Below, in pieces: positions 1 to 10,864 of a stretch of DNA of 53,688 bases. The first letter of the stretch is position 1, and each line of letters begins with the position of its first letter. Origin of the DNA: Octopus bimaculoides. Taxonomy: Eukaryota. The translations under genes were made by a program, and so were the position numbers. The stretch covers positions 165,870,330 through 165,924,017 of the forward strand of contig NC_068981.1 in assembly GCF_001194135.2 (NCBI RefSeq), given 5' to 3'. Below the pieces are notes generated by a model. The model had not been told where the DNA came from. It did no database searches and saw nothing but the letters and a program-made list of their open reading frames with translations.

Positions 1-262
1 ACCAGGCTCCCGTGGTTTTATGGGTTTTTCCACGTGTAACCTTTCCTTTTTCGAAGCGCCTCCCCCTTTGGGAGTTCTACTTATTTATTTATCTATTTAT
101 TTTATTATATCCTTCTCCGTTTTCTTCCTCTGTTTAGACGAACTTTCCTACCTTTTCGGACAAAACCTTTTGTAACCTTCGTCCTGTCTTTGTCCTTATA
201 TGTCTTTAATTGATATTAGCCCTTGTGGCCAATAAAACGAATTAATTATTATTATTATTATT
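1..262 (+). mobile_element. 3' end (UTR) of a LINE of uncertain clade, with AATAAA and (ATT)n tail
   Basis: Pyrimidine-rich, CpG-containing stretch ending CCCTTGTGGCCAATAAAACGAATTAATT(ATT)n. No ORF visible, so the clade is unassigned. Confidence 0.5.
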
Positions 263-457
263 AAGGCAAGCTAGCTGAATTGTTAGCACACCAGGCAAAA
301 TGCTTAGTGACATTTCGTCTGTCTGCACATTCTGAGTTCAAATTACACCAAGGTCATTTTTGCCTTTCATCCTTTCAGGGTTAATAAGTACCAGTTGATG
401 TAACCAACTTATCCCCTTCCTCAAAACTGCTGGCCTTGTGCCAAAATTTGAGACCAT
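263..457 (+). mobile_element. SINE family A copy
   Basis: Head AAGGCAAGCTAGCTGAATTGTTAGC, B-box-like GAGTTCAAATT, body TTTGCCTTTCATCCTTTC, (ATT)n tail. Homologous copies recur across the window. Confidence 0.85.
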
Positions 458-500
458 TACTTTTATTATTATTACTATTACTATTATTATTATTATTATT

Positions 501-993
501 CCTTCGTAACATAGTGTAGGTAAAAATGCACCAGAGTCTTTAGTCAACTGTCAAGTCACAACAAGGACCTCAGACAGATAATACTTTCCTTAAGATGTGC
601 GCTGTGCCCAATAAGGCTGTTTTTTGCAAGACATCAATCTTGCATGAGATCTCCAGTTGCCTTAAGAAGTCTTGAAGTTTCAATGGGATTGAGCCCAACA
701 CTCCGATCACCACTGGTATCGCTTTTACATTACTCTCTTGCATTCCATACAGTCTTGCCATTTCCACTTTCAATTCGGAGTACTTGGTGATTTTTTCAAC
801 CTCTTTACTCACAACATTCATGTCATTTGGTATGGCTACATCAATGATCTGACAGTATTTGTCTCTCTTATTCAATATGACAATATCCGGCCGACGGTTT
901 TCGATTACACGATCCGTCTGAAAATCATACTCCCAGAGTATCGTTACTTTTCCATCCTCCTGGATAACTTTACTTGGTACATGCTCATACCAG
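501..993 (-). mobile_element. 5'-truncated R4/Dong-type non-LTR retrotransposon (restriction-like endonuclease C-terminus), open frame 570-993
   Basis: Translation WYEHVP...TILWEYDFQTDRVIENRRPDIV...IIDVAIP...KITKY...PVVIGVLG...LQKTALLGTAHILRKVLSV* matches the PD-(D/E)xK RLE domain of R4-clade LINEs. Short 3'UTR and (TAA)n tail follow. Confidence 0.85.
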
Positions 994-1066
994 AACACTG
1001 GGGTCGATATAATCGACAAGCCTCCTATCTCAAATTTCAGGCCTTGTGCCTATAGTAGAAAGGATT
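994..1066 (+). mobile_element. 3' half of SINE family A fused to the LINE 5' truncation point
   Basis: CACTGGGGTCGATATAATCGAC...GGCCTTGTGCCTATAGTAGAAAGGATT matches the 3' half of the copy at 1094-1310. Confidence 0.8.
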
Positions 1067-1093
1067 ACTATTATTATTATTATTATTATTATT

Positions 1094-1308
1094 AAGGTAG
1101 CAAGCTGGCAGAATCATTAGCACGCTGGGTGATATGCTTAGCAGTATTTCATCTGTTTTTATGTTCTGAGTTCAAATTCTGCCGAGGTCGACTTTGCCTT
1201 TCATCCTTTCGAGGCCAATAAATTAAGTACCAGTGAAACACTGGGGTTGATGTAATCAACTAGTCCCCTCCCCCAAAATTTCAAGGCCTTGTGCCATCAG
1301 TAGAAAGG

Positions 1309-1310
<2 letters not shown>
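1094..1310 (+). mobile_element. Full-length SINE family A copy
   Basis: Complete head-body-tail, flanked on both sides by (ATT)n. Confidence 0.9.
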
Positions 1311-1362
<52 letters not shown>

Positions 1363-1850
1363 GTTCCGTAGTCTTATTTTTATAATATGCTTTCACTTCA
1401 CTACCGAGCGCAGCTCTGTGTGCCTTGGGTATGTGCTGTGGTTTGCTGTGATGCTCTTATGGTTACTGTATTGAAAGTGTTTTGCATAGGATGTGTGCAG
1501 TGCCTAGTAGTGCTATTTTCTGTATGTTGTATATACTTGTAAGTCCTGGTGTTTTTGTTATGTAATTGTCTGAATATTTTTTTATCACCCCTAATGCACC
1601 TACTATGATAGGAATTGTTTCTGTTTTTAGACTCAACATTCAAGTTACCCCTATTTCCGGATCTTTGTATTTTGAAAGTTTCTCCATTTCTTTTAGAGAA
1701 ACATTATCATATGTTGGTATTGATACATCAGTTAGAAAGCATTTTTTTTTCTTCATGACTTCTGACAACTATATCCAGACCATTGGCCTTAATTTCTCTA
1801 TCTGTGTGTATTGGCATATCCCAGAGTATGGTTGCTTTCACATTTTCTGT
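1363..1850 (-). mobile_element. Second, more decayed R4/Dong-type LINE 3' fragment (coding relic about 1463-1850)
   Basis: Manual translation ENVKATILWDMPIHTDREIKANGLDIVV...DVSIP...KYKD...IPIIVGALG...IQKIALLGTAHIL...TLSIQ* with an internal stop. (TAA)n tail at 1309-1362. Confidence 0.85.
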
Positions 1851-2149
1851 GTGTGTGTATGTGTGTGAGATCATTTTATGTCCATTTTTTCCCCCATTCT
1901 TGCATAGAGTGGATGGGTCTTTTTACCTGTTTCAGTCACACATCATCTCTAACACTTCAAGATAAGTGCATGAAATTAGAAATATAAAATGGCGACAACT
2001 TATCCATTGCACCCTGTATGCATGTGTACTTGCTGATATATTTCATAATAGCTCTATATATAATTGTTTTTATATGTGGCTATCATATATTGATTTATTT
2101 TTTTGAAGGAGTGGTTATATTTACATTCTTTTCCTCCCTCTCTCCCTTT

Positions 2150-2150
2150 T

Positions 2151-2202
<52 letters not shown>
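2150..2202. repeat. (CT)n microsatellite
   Basis: Directly visible. Confidence 0.95.
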
Positions 2203-2205
<3 letters not shown>

Positions 2206-2654
2206 GAACACTTTGTTTAACTATATGTTACCTAATTACTATCTACTGTAAACACAGTTCTAATTATTAGACAGGATGTTTATTCTGGATTGTCAAAACC
2301 AATTCTTCAACTCTGATTGTCAAAATGTCATATTTCCACTCGCAATAAATCTCAGCTTAATACACTTCAACAGCACTTGTTTGTTTGTTGTTATTTCCTT
2401 TTTATTTCACTGAGAAAGGTTAAGAATCCCTTTTTTTTTTTACCTACCTACCCAAACAAACACATACACTCCCCCCCCCCACATATATATGCAAGATAGT
2501 TGCAAGAAAAGTGGAAAATTTGAAGGCAAAACTAAGAAGCATTAATATAAATCAGCATTGATGAATTTTCCACTTTTCTAGTGACCAATCAATAGTATTA
2601 TCCACTACAAAAATGCAGATATTAGGTTATATGCATATATATCTATGCATACGC

Positions 2655-2701
<47 letters not shown>

Positions 2702-2711
2702 NNNNNNNNNN

Positions 2712-2750
<39 letters not shown>

Positions 2751-2762
2751 TGTGTGTGTTTG
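2655..2762. repeat. (GT)n microsatellite with 10-N gap
   Basis: Directly visible. Confidence 0.95.
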
Positions 2763-2895
2763 TATGTGATATGCTCCTACATACATGTATATATATGTGC
2801 ATCATGGTTTATTTTTCTTTTTGTGAATGGTTAAAAAGAAGTAAGTTGTGCTTTAGTGAACCAAGTGAACTGTATGACCTAATTTTTATTTCCAG

Positions 2896-2913
2896 TTTCA
2901 AATACTTCACGAG
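2896..2913 (+). CDS. Candidate 18-nt microexon of gene 1 (FKYFT in phase 2)
   Basis: CTAATTTTTATTTCCAG|TTTCAAATACTTCACGAG|GTAAAA: strong acceptor and donor, open in all three frames. Confidence 0.35.
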
Positions 2914-3074
2914 GTAAAAGCATGAACGTCACAACTCTTTATCTTCCCTTTATAGTTAGTTATTCAGACTAGTCTGTTATGTTTATTATGAGATCTGTTT
3001 TCTTTCTTTACCTTCTCAATTAGTGATTAAAAAACAACCAATTCTTTTTTTTTTTTAGCAACCATCCTACTGAT

Positions 3075-3545
3075 CATCATCATCATCATCATCATCATCA
3101 TTTTGCATCTGCTTTCCATGCAGGCATGAGTTGTTTCTATGACTTGATGCACTTCCTAAAACTAAGCACATAGAGTTGAGAGGGTCCTCTGTTGTTTCGC
3201 TCATGCACTATCTATAACAGGCACTCTGTCCTTTACAATGACAAGTGTTCCCGTTGATCCAATCAATGGAAAAGCCTGCTTGTGAAATTAATATTCAAGT
3301 GGCTGAGCACTCCACAGATATGTGTACCCTTAATGTAGTTCTCAGGGAGATTCTGTGTGACACTGAATGTGACAAGGCTGGTCCATTGAAATACAGGTTC
3401 TACTCATTTTTTCCAGCTGAGTGGACTGGAGCAACATGAAATAAAGTGCCTTGCTCAAGGCCCCAACACGCTGCCAAGTGTTGAACTCATGACCTTATGA
3501 TCATGAACCAAATACTTCTAACCACTAAGCCACACACCTTCTACA
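3075..3545 (-). mobile_element. SINE family C copy (about 3200-3545) adjoining an RTE-type (GAT)n tail fragment (about 3075-3170)
   Basis: Reverse strand has the tRNA-like head GTGGCTTAGTGGTTAAG...GAGTTCAA, CCTTGAGCAAGGCACTT core and the same tail as 17660-17975. Confidence 0.8.
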
Positions 3546-4030
3546 TTGCAGAGTATATTAGATGCATGTTATCATGGCACCAGCACTAGTGTAGCTGTCT
3601 TGTGGCCCACAAGTCTAAGCCGTACTCACTATTTTATCCTGCCTGGTGAAGGAGAAAGAAGTAGAATATGACTGTGAAAGAAGAGTAAGTTTGGTAGAAG
3701 ACACACAGGGTTGAGAGGAGTGATTACATAACTCTTGTTCTTTAATTGATATTACGTTCTGCACTCTCCTAACACTGTACTCTAAAGCATGAGTATATTG
3801 ACTTCTGATAACTGGTTATTAGTATTGCTGTGCCTAAGCAAAAATCATAATGTGTGTGTGTGTGTGTGTGTGTGTACACATAAATACATAGATAGATATA
3901 GACACACGCACACACACAAACATACACATATTAATTGAAGAGTACAGTATTATATATCCATCACAGCCGGTCTTACTAATCGGTTTCACACTAACAGTCT
4001 GATCATGTAATCCTGTACTCTTAAGAGATA

Positions 4031-4061
<31 letters not shown>

Positions 4062-5064
4062 AACTTAGTCATTCACTGATTTAGCACAACCACATATCAC
4101 TTTGGGTGCCTTTATTGGAATCCACCATGTTGCAGGCATTTGAGTCAGGTCTCCAGTTTGGAGAGTCCTTCATCACTCCCTCCCACACCAATCTTAGAAG
4201 CCCTGCAAAACATTATGGACCTTCCCTACTGACTATAAGATCTTACACACACACACACACACACACACATACACACATCTAATTGGTGAATGTTGTTGGT
4301 TTCTCTTTGTTGTAGTGGTTATCGCTTGTAGACATCTGTTCTATTAGCAGATATGTGGGTAACTTCCCATAGGTGATTCTGACCAATTTTCCCCTCTTTC
4401 TAAGGGGTATCATTTGATATTCTATGCACTGTTATTTATTCATAGTTCAACTGTTTTTGAGCTTCTTATTTCAACCCCACCACCACAGACACTTATATAT
4501 GTGTGTAAATACACACACACACACACACATTGTATCATATTGTATTTATTATATTATATATTCAGCTCTTATTAAAATTGCTTTTTAATTACTTTAACTG
4601 CTATAAATGAATGAGGAGATAAGGTGACATTTTATGATTTCTTGCAACTCTGCTAGCTTGCATTGTGTGGTGCATACACACACATTAATGCAATTGCATT
4701 CTTTGAATAATGCAGAATGTTCAGGGAGCTGTTTCGGGGTGGAGGTGGGAGGGAGATTTTTCCTTTTTTTATGCATATATTTTGAGTTTTTATACTTTTT
4801 TGTTTGCAAATTTGCAATTTTTTTCTTATTGGAATTCTTGATCTGTATTGATGACTTGTGTTGTTCTCTTTTATTTTATTTCTTTTTTTTTTTTTTTTTT
4901 TAATGTTTCTGTTTTGCAAATCAATGCCATCCTTTGGGAAGGAAGATGTGTTGTATGAAGAATATTCAAGACACTTGTGATGATCTTTTCTTAAATAGTA
5001 CAGAAAAAAAATGTGAAATTATTCTTTATGCCAGTTATCATGTATATTCATTTGTTTGGTTGTT

Positions 5065-5240
5065 GTTCTTGTTGTGGTGGTGGTGGCAATGGCTATGGTG
5101 GTGATGATGATAGTAGCGATGCTAATGGTGGTGGTGGTGGTGGTAGTGGTGGTGGTGGTAGTGGTGGTGGTGGTAGTGGTGGTGACTATGGCAGCAGCAG
5201 CAATAGTGACTGTTGTTGTAGTGGTGATGGTGTGCAGGTC
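5065..5240. repeat. Compound (GGT)n/(GAT)n/(GTT)n low-complexity tract
   Basis: Directly visible. Explains the poly-Gly and poly-Val ORFs. Confidence 0.9.
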
Positions 5241-5569
5241 AGTTATGCCTGGGTTGTGATTCTGAAATGATGAAAAATAAAAAAATGTTGGCCGGGAGTA
5301 ACAATGATATGTATATTTATAAATAAAACAGAAAATTTAAACAAAAAAATTGAATGAAAAGGAGTGAAAGGAAGTGAAGAGGCTAAAAGAATAGAATGAG
5401 TGAAAATGAAAGAAAGAGGGTGAAAATAAAGGAAAGAGAGAAAGCAAGAATGTTATTGGTATACATCAGTTAATAAGTTATCTACAAAGATATGATATTG
5501 GTATACTGTAGTTAGAAAATATTGTACAAATATTTAATGTTAGTATATAGTTTAATTCATAAGTTGTCT

Positions 5570-5940
5570 CTCTCTTTACTCTTTTACTTGTTTCAGTCAT
5601 TTGACTGCGGCCATGCTGGAGCACTGCCTTTAGTCGAGCAAATTGACCCCAGGACTTATTCTTTGTAAGCCTAGTAATTATTCTATCATTTTCTTTTGCC
5701 GAACCGCTAAGTTATGGGGACATACATACACCAGCATCGGTTGTCAAGGCTAACAATTTGGGGAAGGGGAAAATCAATTACATTGACCCTCAGAAATCAA
5801 CTGGTATTTATTTTATCAACCCTGAATGGATGGAAAACAAAGTCAACCTTGATGGAATTTGAACTCAGAATGTAAAGACAGACAAAATGCCACTAAGCAT
5901 TTTGCCCAGTGTGCTAACAATTCTGCCAGTTTGCCAACTT
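5570..5940 (-). mobile_element. SINE-B1 tail module (5570-5750) abutting a SINE family A copy (5750-5940)
   Basis: Reverse complements of the tail at 19300-19495 and of the SINE at 1094-1310. Confidence 0.85.
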
Positions 5941-6062
5941 GCAAATAATTACAATTAATATACTTAGTTTATAAGTAGTTTACAAAGATATGATACATGT
6001 ACACAAGTTAATAAGTTAATGAGTTTCACTTGAGTGTGGCTTTAAACTGTATCTAATAGCAG

Positions 6063-6208
6063 GACCCTTGATCACCAGATTCATTTGAGAAAATCCAGTT
6101 ACTCCAGCTATAAAGCGTGGTTTTTCTCAAGTGAAGGCTGCATACTGTATTCTCATTTATCATATTTCATTCCCCATGGAAGATCATATAGAAGGCCAAG
6201 TCAAAGAG
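6063..6208 (+). CDS. Candidate upstream exon of gene 1 (TLDHQIHLRKSSY...HGRSYRRPSQR)
   Basis: AG...GT bounded, 146 nt, phase 2 to 1, open. A second frame is also open over most of it, so it is ambiguous. Confidence 0.25.
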
Positions 6209-6396
6209 GTGTTTTGATATTGCTGAAGCTGTCTTTTGTATGATGTTAGTGTTATTTTCATTATATCATGAAATTACAACTGTATATCTATCTACTTACC
6301 TATCTACACACATATCTACATATCTAAGTATGTATCTACCTTAATCATCTGTTCATCAATGTATCCATCCACCCACCACTTCTATGTATAAAACAG

Positions 6397-6462
6397 ACTT
6401 ATCAAAAGAAGTCTTGCAAAATGTGATGTCAGATGATGTTGTTGCTGTCTTTGTTGGTGATG
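6397..6462 (+). CDS. Candidate upstream exon of gene 1 (LSKEVLQNVMSDDVVAVFVGD)
   Basis: AAACAG|...GATG|GTGAGT consensus donor, 66 nt, phase 1 to 1, compatible with exon 8412. Its 3' part overlaps a GTT/GAT-rich tract. Confidence 0.3.
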
Positions 6463-6855
6463 GTGAGTGGTAGTAGTGGTCATCTCCATCATCATCATCC
6501 GTGAATTAGCCTGATTGAGTTGACCATGACTAAAGAATTCCAATTGTGAACATCATGTGTGTGCTTTTTTTATATTTATTTTTTTGATTTTTTTTGTTTT
6601 ATCTAGAACTGCACCATTCAAATTCACCTTCTTTTATTTAAGGTAGTATAGTGTCATTTGAGGATAGATTTGGCTGCTTTTTCTAACAGAATGAGAAACC
6701 CCATTGGCCATAATCATCTGGTGGTTAGTACCCCACTTCATATCATAGAATAATACTACACATAAAATCACCACTATTTTTATTACTTTGCAGCTCCACC
6801 TAATCACTCTCACCTTCTCTTCTTAAATGTGAGTAACCATGCCATTCATCTATAG

Positions 6856-7129
6856 CAGTGTTTCTCAACTATTTTACCCTTAAAATAAATTACATGTCTC
6901 AAGGAGTCCCTGCATGAAAAAAAAATGAAATGCCATATCTTTCTTATATTTTTTTCATTGTAGTTCACATGGTAAATATCATAAATTTAGGGTAAAAACC
7001 CCTTTTACCGGCACCCATTTATTGCACTTGGTAAAACACTAGTGTAACAATAATTGGGTACCCTCCCAGCAGTATTTTGGATAGATATTATCCCTTAGTG
7101 GGTTGGATTCTCAACCCTAACTCTCTTGG

Positions 7130-7171
<42 letters not shown>

Positions 7172-7380
7172 CAATGGTTGTTATATTTTTTTGATAATAT
7201 AATACGTTAGATAGGATGATGCCTATATTACAATATTAGAATAACCAATGCCATGTTGTGCATGTATAGTAATATTACGATCATGAAATTAGTATTAGTT
7301 CATCTCACTCTTTCTTGGGGAACCCTAAGAAACTTTTGCAGAACCATAGGGTTCCAGGGAACCCCAGTTGAGAAACGCTG
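6856..7380. mobile_element. hAT (Charlie/Buster-like) non-autonomous MITE
   Basis: 15-bp TIRs CAGTGTTTCTCAACT / AGTTGAGAAACGCTG (1 mismatch). 8-bp TSD ATCTATAG / ATCTACAG. Internal (TA)n. Confidence 0.9.
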
Positions 7381-7499
7381 ATCTACAGTATACAGTAAGG
7401 AAACCTATTTCACTCAAGCCACTTCTTCCATACTTTTCTTTCTCGTCTCCTAGCATAAAGCTGCCCTCTCAGAGTTTGTACCCTTGCAAGCTGCAAGGT

Positions 7500-7700
7500 G
7501 ACCTCAGTACTACTGATGGCATGAAAAAACCACCCAGTATATGCTGTAAAGTGGTTGGCATTAGGAAGGATATCCATCCATAGAAATCATAGCAAAGTAG
7601 GCGCTGGAGCTTGATTCAGTCCTTGGGCCCATTGGATCTTGTCAAACTGTCCAATCCATGCCAGCATGGAACATGGATGTTAAATGATGATGATGATGAT
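7500..7700 (+). mobile_element. RTE-type 3' tail element ending in (GAT)n
   Basis: GGTTGGCATTAGGAAGG...CCATGCCAGCATGGAA...GTTAAATGATGATG shared with the RTE 3' end at 47100-47262. Confidence 0.8.
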
Positions 7701-7927
7701 AAAATTGCTTTTCTAGCATTTAGATTGAGGCATTAGGTTTATATCAGAACTTATATTTGCATTTTACATCCCTAAGTATGCTAAATCTACCAGAGTTACA
7801 ATATTTATGTTCTTAAATATGCTAAATCTATCTACCAGAGATACAACAGTCTCAGAAGAAGCAGGATACAAACCTGAACCTCATTGTCTTGGTCCTTCAT
7901 CCACTCAACCATTCATTGCTTTTTTAG

Positions 7928-7976
7928 AGTATTAACTTAGATATAGTTATTAAATCCTGTTCACATGAACAGCCTG
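7928..7976 (+). CDS. Alternative candidate upstream exon of gene 1 (SINLDIVIKSCSHEQP)
   Basis: CATTCATTGCTTTTTTAG acceptor, CTG|GTAGTC donor, phase 0 to 1, joins in frame to 8412. It cannot directly follow exon 6397. Confidence 0.4.
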
Positions 7977-8411
7977 GTAGTCCAAATCCACATATTTTTT
8001 CAGTAATGCTTTTATAGTTACCAGCCTCTCTAGTTTTTGCCAACCAGGGATGTCTGGACTATGTTCACTGAAAGTAGTTATATAACTAAACCTAATTTTA
8101 TATGAATTCTTTTGTTGGAAGCTTCCACAACAAATTAACTCATTCATAAGACATCTGCCTCTAAGAGAATTCTCATTTTGACAGAATTGTAAGCTTTTTT
8201 TTCTTCTTCTTTCTTCCATTTTCTTTTTTGTGTCTTAATTTTTGCTTTAATTCATCTGCCCTTTTCTTTCTCTTTTATATTACCCTGCTTCTTTTTTTTC
8301 CTTTCTTAATATTTATAAATATGATCATTATCATCATCATTGTCGTCATCATCATCATCATCATCATCATGAGACATCTGACATCACATTTACTTCATTC
8401 TGATAATTCAG

Positions 8412-8479
8412 GAAAAGCTTTTATCGAGGAATACAGAATCAGACAAGATCGGTCTACACAGCATGTTACACAGTACAAG
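8412..8479 (+). CDS. Gene 1 exon (GKAFIEEYRIRQDRSTQHVTQYK)
   Basis: CAG|G...AAG|GTGAAG, phase 1 to 0, coding-like composition, in frame with the downstream chain. Confidence 0.6.
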
Positions 8480-8714
8480 GTGAAGAAGTTAAACTATTTA
8501 TTAAATCATTGTGTGTGTGTGTTGAGTTTGATGGATGTGTGAACATGTGAAGATTTTGTGCAGATATGACTGGAGGTATAAATCTTGTTTAAAATATATA
8601 GCTCTATGGCAAAAAATAGATGGATGCATGTATGGCAAGTGTACAGTGGGTGTATATGTGTGGTATTGATTATATATTTGTATGAGTTAGTTCACATTAT
8701 TTTGTGAGGAGCAT

Positions 8715-8922
8715 GGGGTTGGTTTCCTGGTTTCTCTAACATATATATTCCTCTCTGGGTGGGACACCAATCCATTGCCGGGTTACTGAGTGAACTGCAG
8801 CAGCGTGAACTGAAGTGTTTTGCTCAAGAACACAATACATCACCTTGTCCAAGAATCAAACCCAAAATCTGACAATCATGAGTTCAACACCCTAACCACT
8901 AAGCCATGCACCTCCACTTATA
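8715..8922 (-). mobile_element. SINE family C copy (tail type shared with 28062-28290)
   Basis: Reverse-strand head GTGGCTTAGTGGTTAGGG and CTTGAGCAAAACAC core. Confidence 0.8.
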
Positions 8923-9159
8923 TTTGTATAGGCACGTGAATTTTTTTGTGAGTGTATGTATTGAAGGATATGTGAGTATACTTGTAGATATGGATGGATA
9001 TACATGCTTTCATGAAGGTGGAAGGATGTATATATAGTTTGTTGGTTTAACACATGTATATGTATGTGTGGGATTGTATACATAAAGAATGTCCAGCTAC
9101 ATTGACCAATTTATTCTTCAATATATATATATATCTATAGATTTTAGCCAACATTCATA

Positions 9160-9562
9160 AGAGCAGGTATGACTGTGTGGGTAAGAAACTTGCTTCCCAA
9201 CCATGGTTCAATCCCACTGTATGGCACCTTGGGCAAGTGTCTTCTACTATAGCTACAAGCCCACCAAAATCTTGTGAGTAGGTCTGATAGATGAAACTGA
9301 AAGAAGCTAGTGTGTGTGTGTGTGTGTGTGTCCTTGTTTAGACGTCACATGATAGTTGTAAATGAACAATCACCATTATACAAGTGAGGTTCTTCTTCTC
9401 AAGTCTTCTGTGAAAAACATATCTTCAGGGAAAATATTACCTTACTTGGAAACAGGTGAGAACTGGTGAGAAGAAGAGCATCTGTGTGTAGAAAATCTGC
9501 CTCAACAAAGTTCATCTGTCTCATGCAAGTGTGGAAAATCAGACAGTAAAATGATGATGATG
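9160..9562 (+). mobile_element. SINE family B with B2 (RTE-like, GAT) tail and 23-bp TSD
   Basis: Head GCAGG...CTGTGTGG...GGTTCAATCCC, CCTTGGGCAAGTG core. Flanks ATATCT(A/G)TAGATTTTAGCCAACA at 9131-9153 and 9563-9585. Confidence 0.88.
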
Positions 9563-10369
9563 ATATCTGTAGATTTTAGCCAACACTTTATGTAATAAAC
9601 AGATACAGGGATCTTATTTTTATAATTACTTTCATGGAGACGAAAAATGAAATCATAATAAAGATTACCACCAGTCCAGCTGATCCCTCCTTTTCCATCT
9701 ACAGTAGTAGTATATAAATTAAATTATGACCATCCAGTGTATTTAATTGAGCTTCATTTACATATGCACTGATAGCTGAAACCTATAGGTTTATTCTATA
9801 CTATAGAATATAACATGAAAAAATTTCTATTGTATCAGTAATTGCTTAATCAATTTAGCTGCCTAGAATGTGTTATCGATACAAATAAATTTGATTTAGT
9901 AAAGTCCTTAACGATAAACAGGATAATAGTTACTAAATATAGAATGTCTTCTTTATCTCCTTTTTTTCTTTTCTTCTTTCTTATTTTTCCGCCTTTTGTC
10001 TTTTTTTCTTTTTTTTTTCTTTTTTAATGTCTTTTGATGATTATAAATACTAGAGAGATCATTTTAGACATCATAAGCTAATTTCTAATTCACAATTCAT
10101 GAATCAAAATTCTGGATGGTATTTTCTCAGTTCGAGGGATTTGGACAATAGTGAGGCCTTTCAGGCTTTCCCAGACAACTAGATGATTATAACTGAGTGA
10201 GGTACCTTGGGCAAGTGTATACTACAAGTGTGTCTTTTTCTCTCACAAGCCTTGTGAGAAATATTTGGTAGATGGAAATTGTGTGGAAACTTCTGAGATT
10301 GTACTTGTTCTTGGGTGGTAAATTTTATCTGCTACCCAGTTTTACTACTACAACATAGCCCTTGGGCCA

Positions 10370-10680
10370 TGTCGATCATGTGAATCTCCTATTGAAACTT
10401 CATGCCTTTGAGCACTATATCTCTTGGATCAGTAGCTTCCTATCAAACTGCAGTATTACAGTGTGTTGATGAACTTTTTCTGTTCCTCAATGTAGCAACC
10501 CTGGCATGCCCCAGGATTCAGTTTTTGGCTTTACCCACTTCCTTCTGTACACTTCCTTCTCCAACCTGCATCATCCACTTGTATCTGGACATTATATGCC
10601 AAACCTGTATTGATTCCATGAATGGAGACTTTGAAAACATCCTCCAATGGGAATATGCCAATCTTGTCTCTTTCAACAGC
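10370..10680 (+). pseudogene. Decayed LINE reverse-transcriptase fragment (CR1/L2/Jockey group)
   Basis: Frameshifted relics LLLKLHAF...WISSFLSN, GMPQDSVFG..FLLY (GVPQGSVLGP motif) and IHLY...DFENILQW...LVSFN. Confidence 0.8.
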
Positions 10681-10779
10681 TTTTACTTTTTTCTTTTTTT
10701 AGTACCAAGTACATAACAAAAGAGTTACCTGTATATTCTTTTGTATTAAATGATTGTGATAAAATATTAAAAATAAAGT

Positions 10780-10864
10780 TGTTTTTTTTCCAACCATTGG
10801 TGAGGCATACATTTTCTTGGTAAGTTATAGTGGGGCCTGGGGGAAAATAGGTTGAGAAACACTG
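10780..10864. mobile_element. Single hAT-type terminus (partial MITE)
   Basis: GGTTGAGAAACACTG matches the TIR of 6856-7380. The partner end was not found. Confidence 0.55.

Noticed and set aside
5013-5270. Gly-rich and Val-rich ORFs
   Set aside because: They are translations of a (GGT)n/(GAT)n microsatellite.
7950-8219. 89-aa minus-strand ORF with protein-like composition
   Set aside because: It is antisense to better-supported plus-strand exons, with no linked minus exons or homology.
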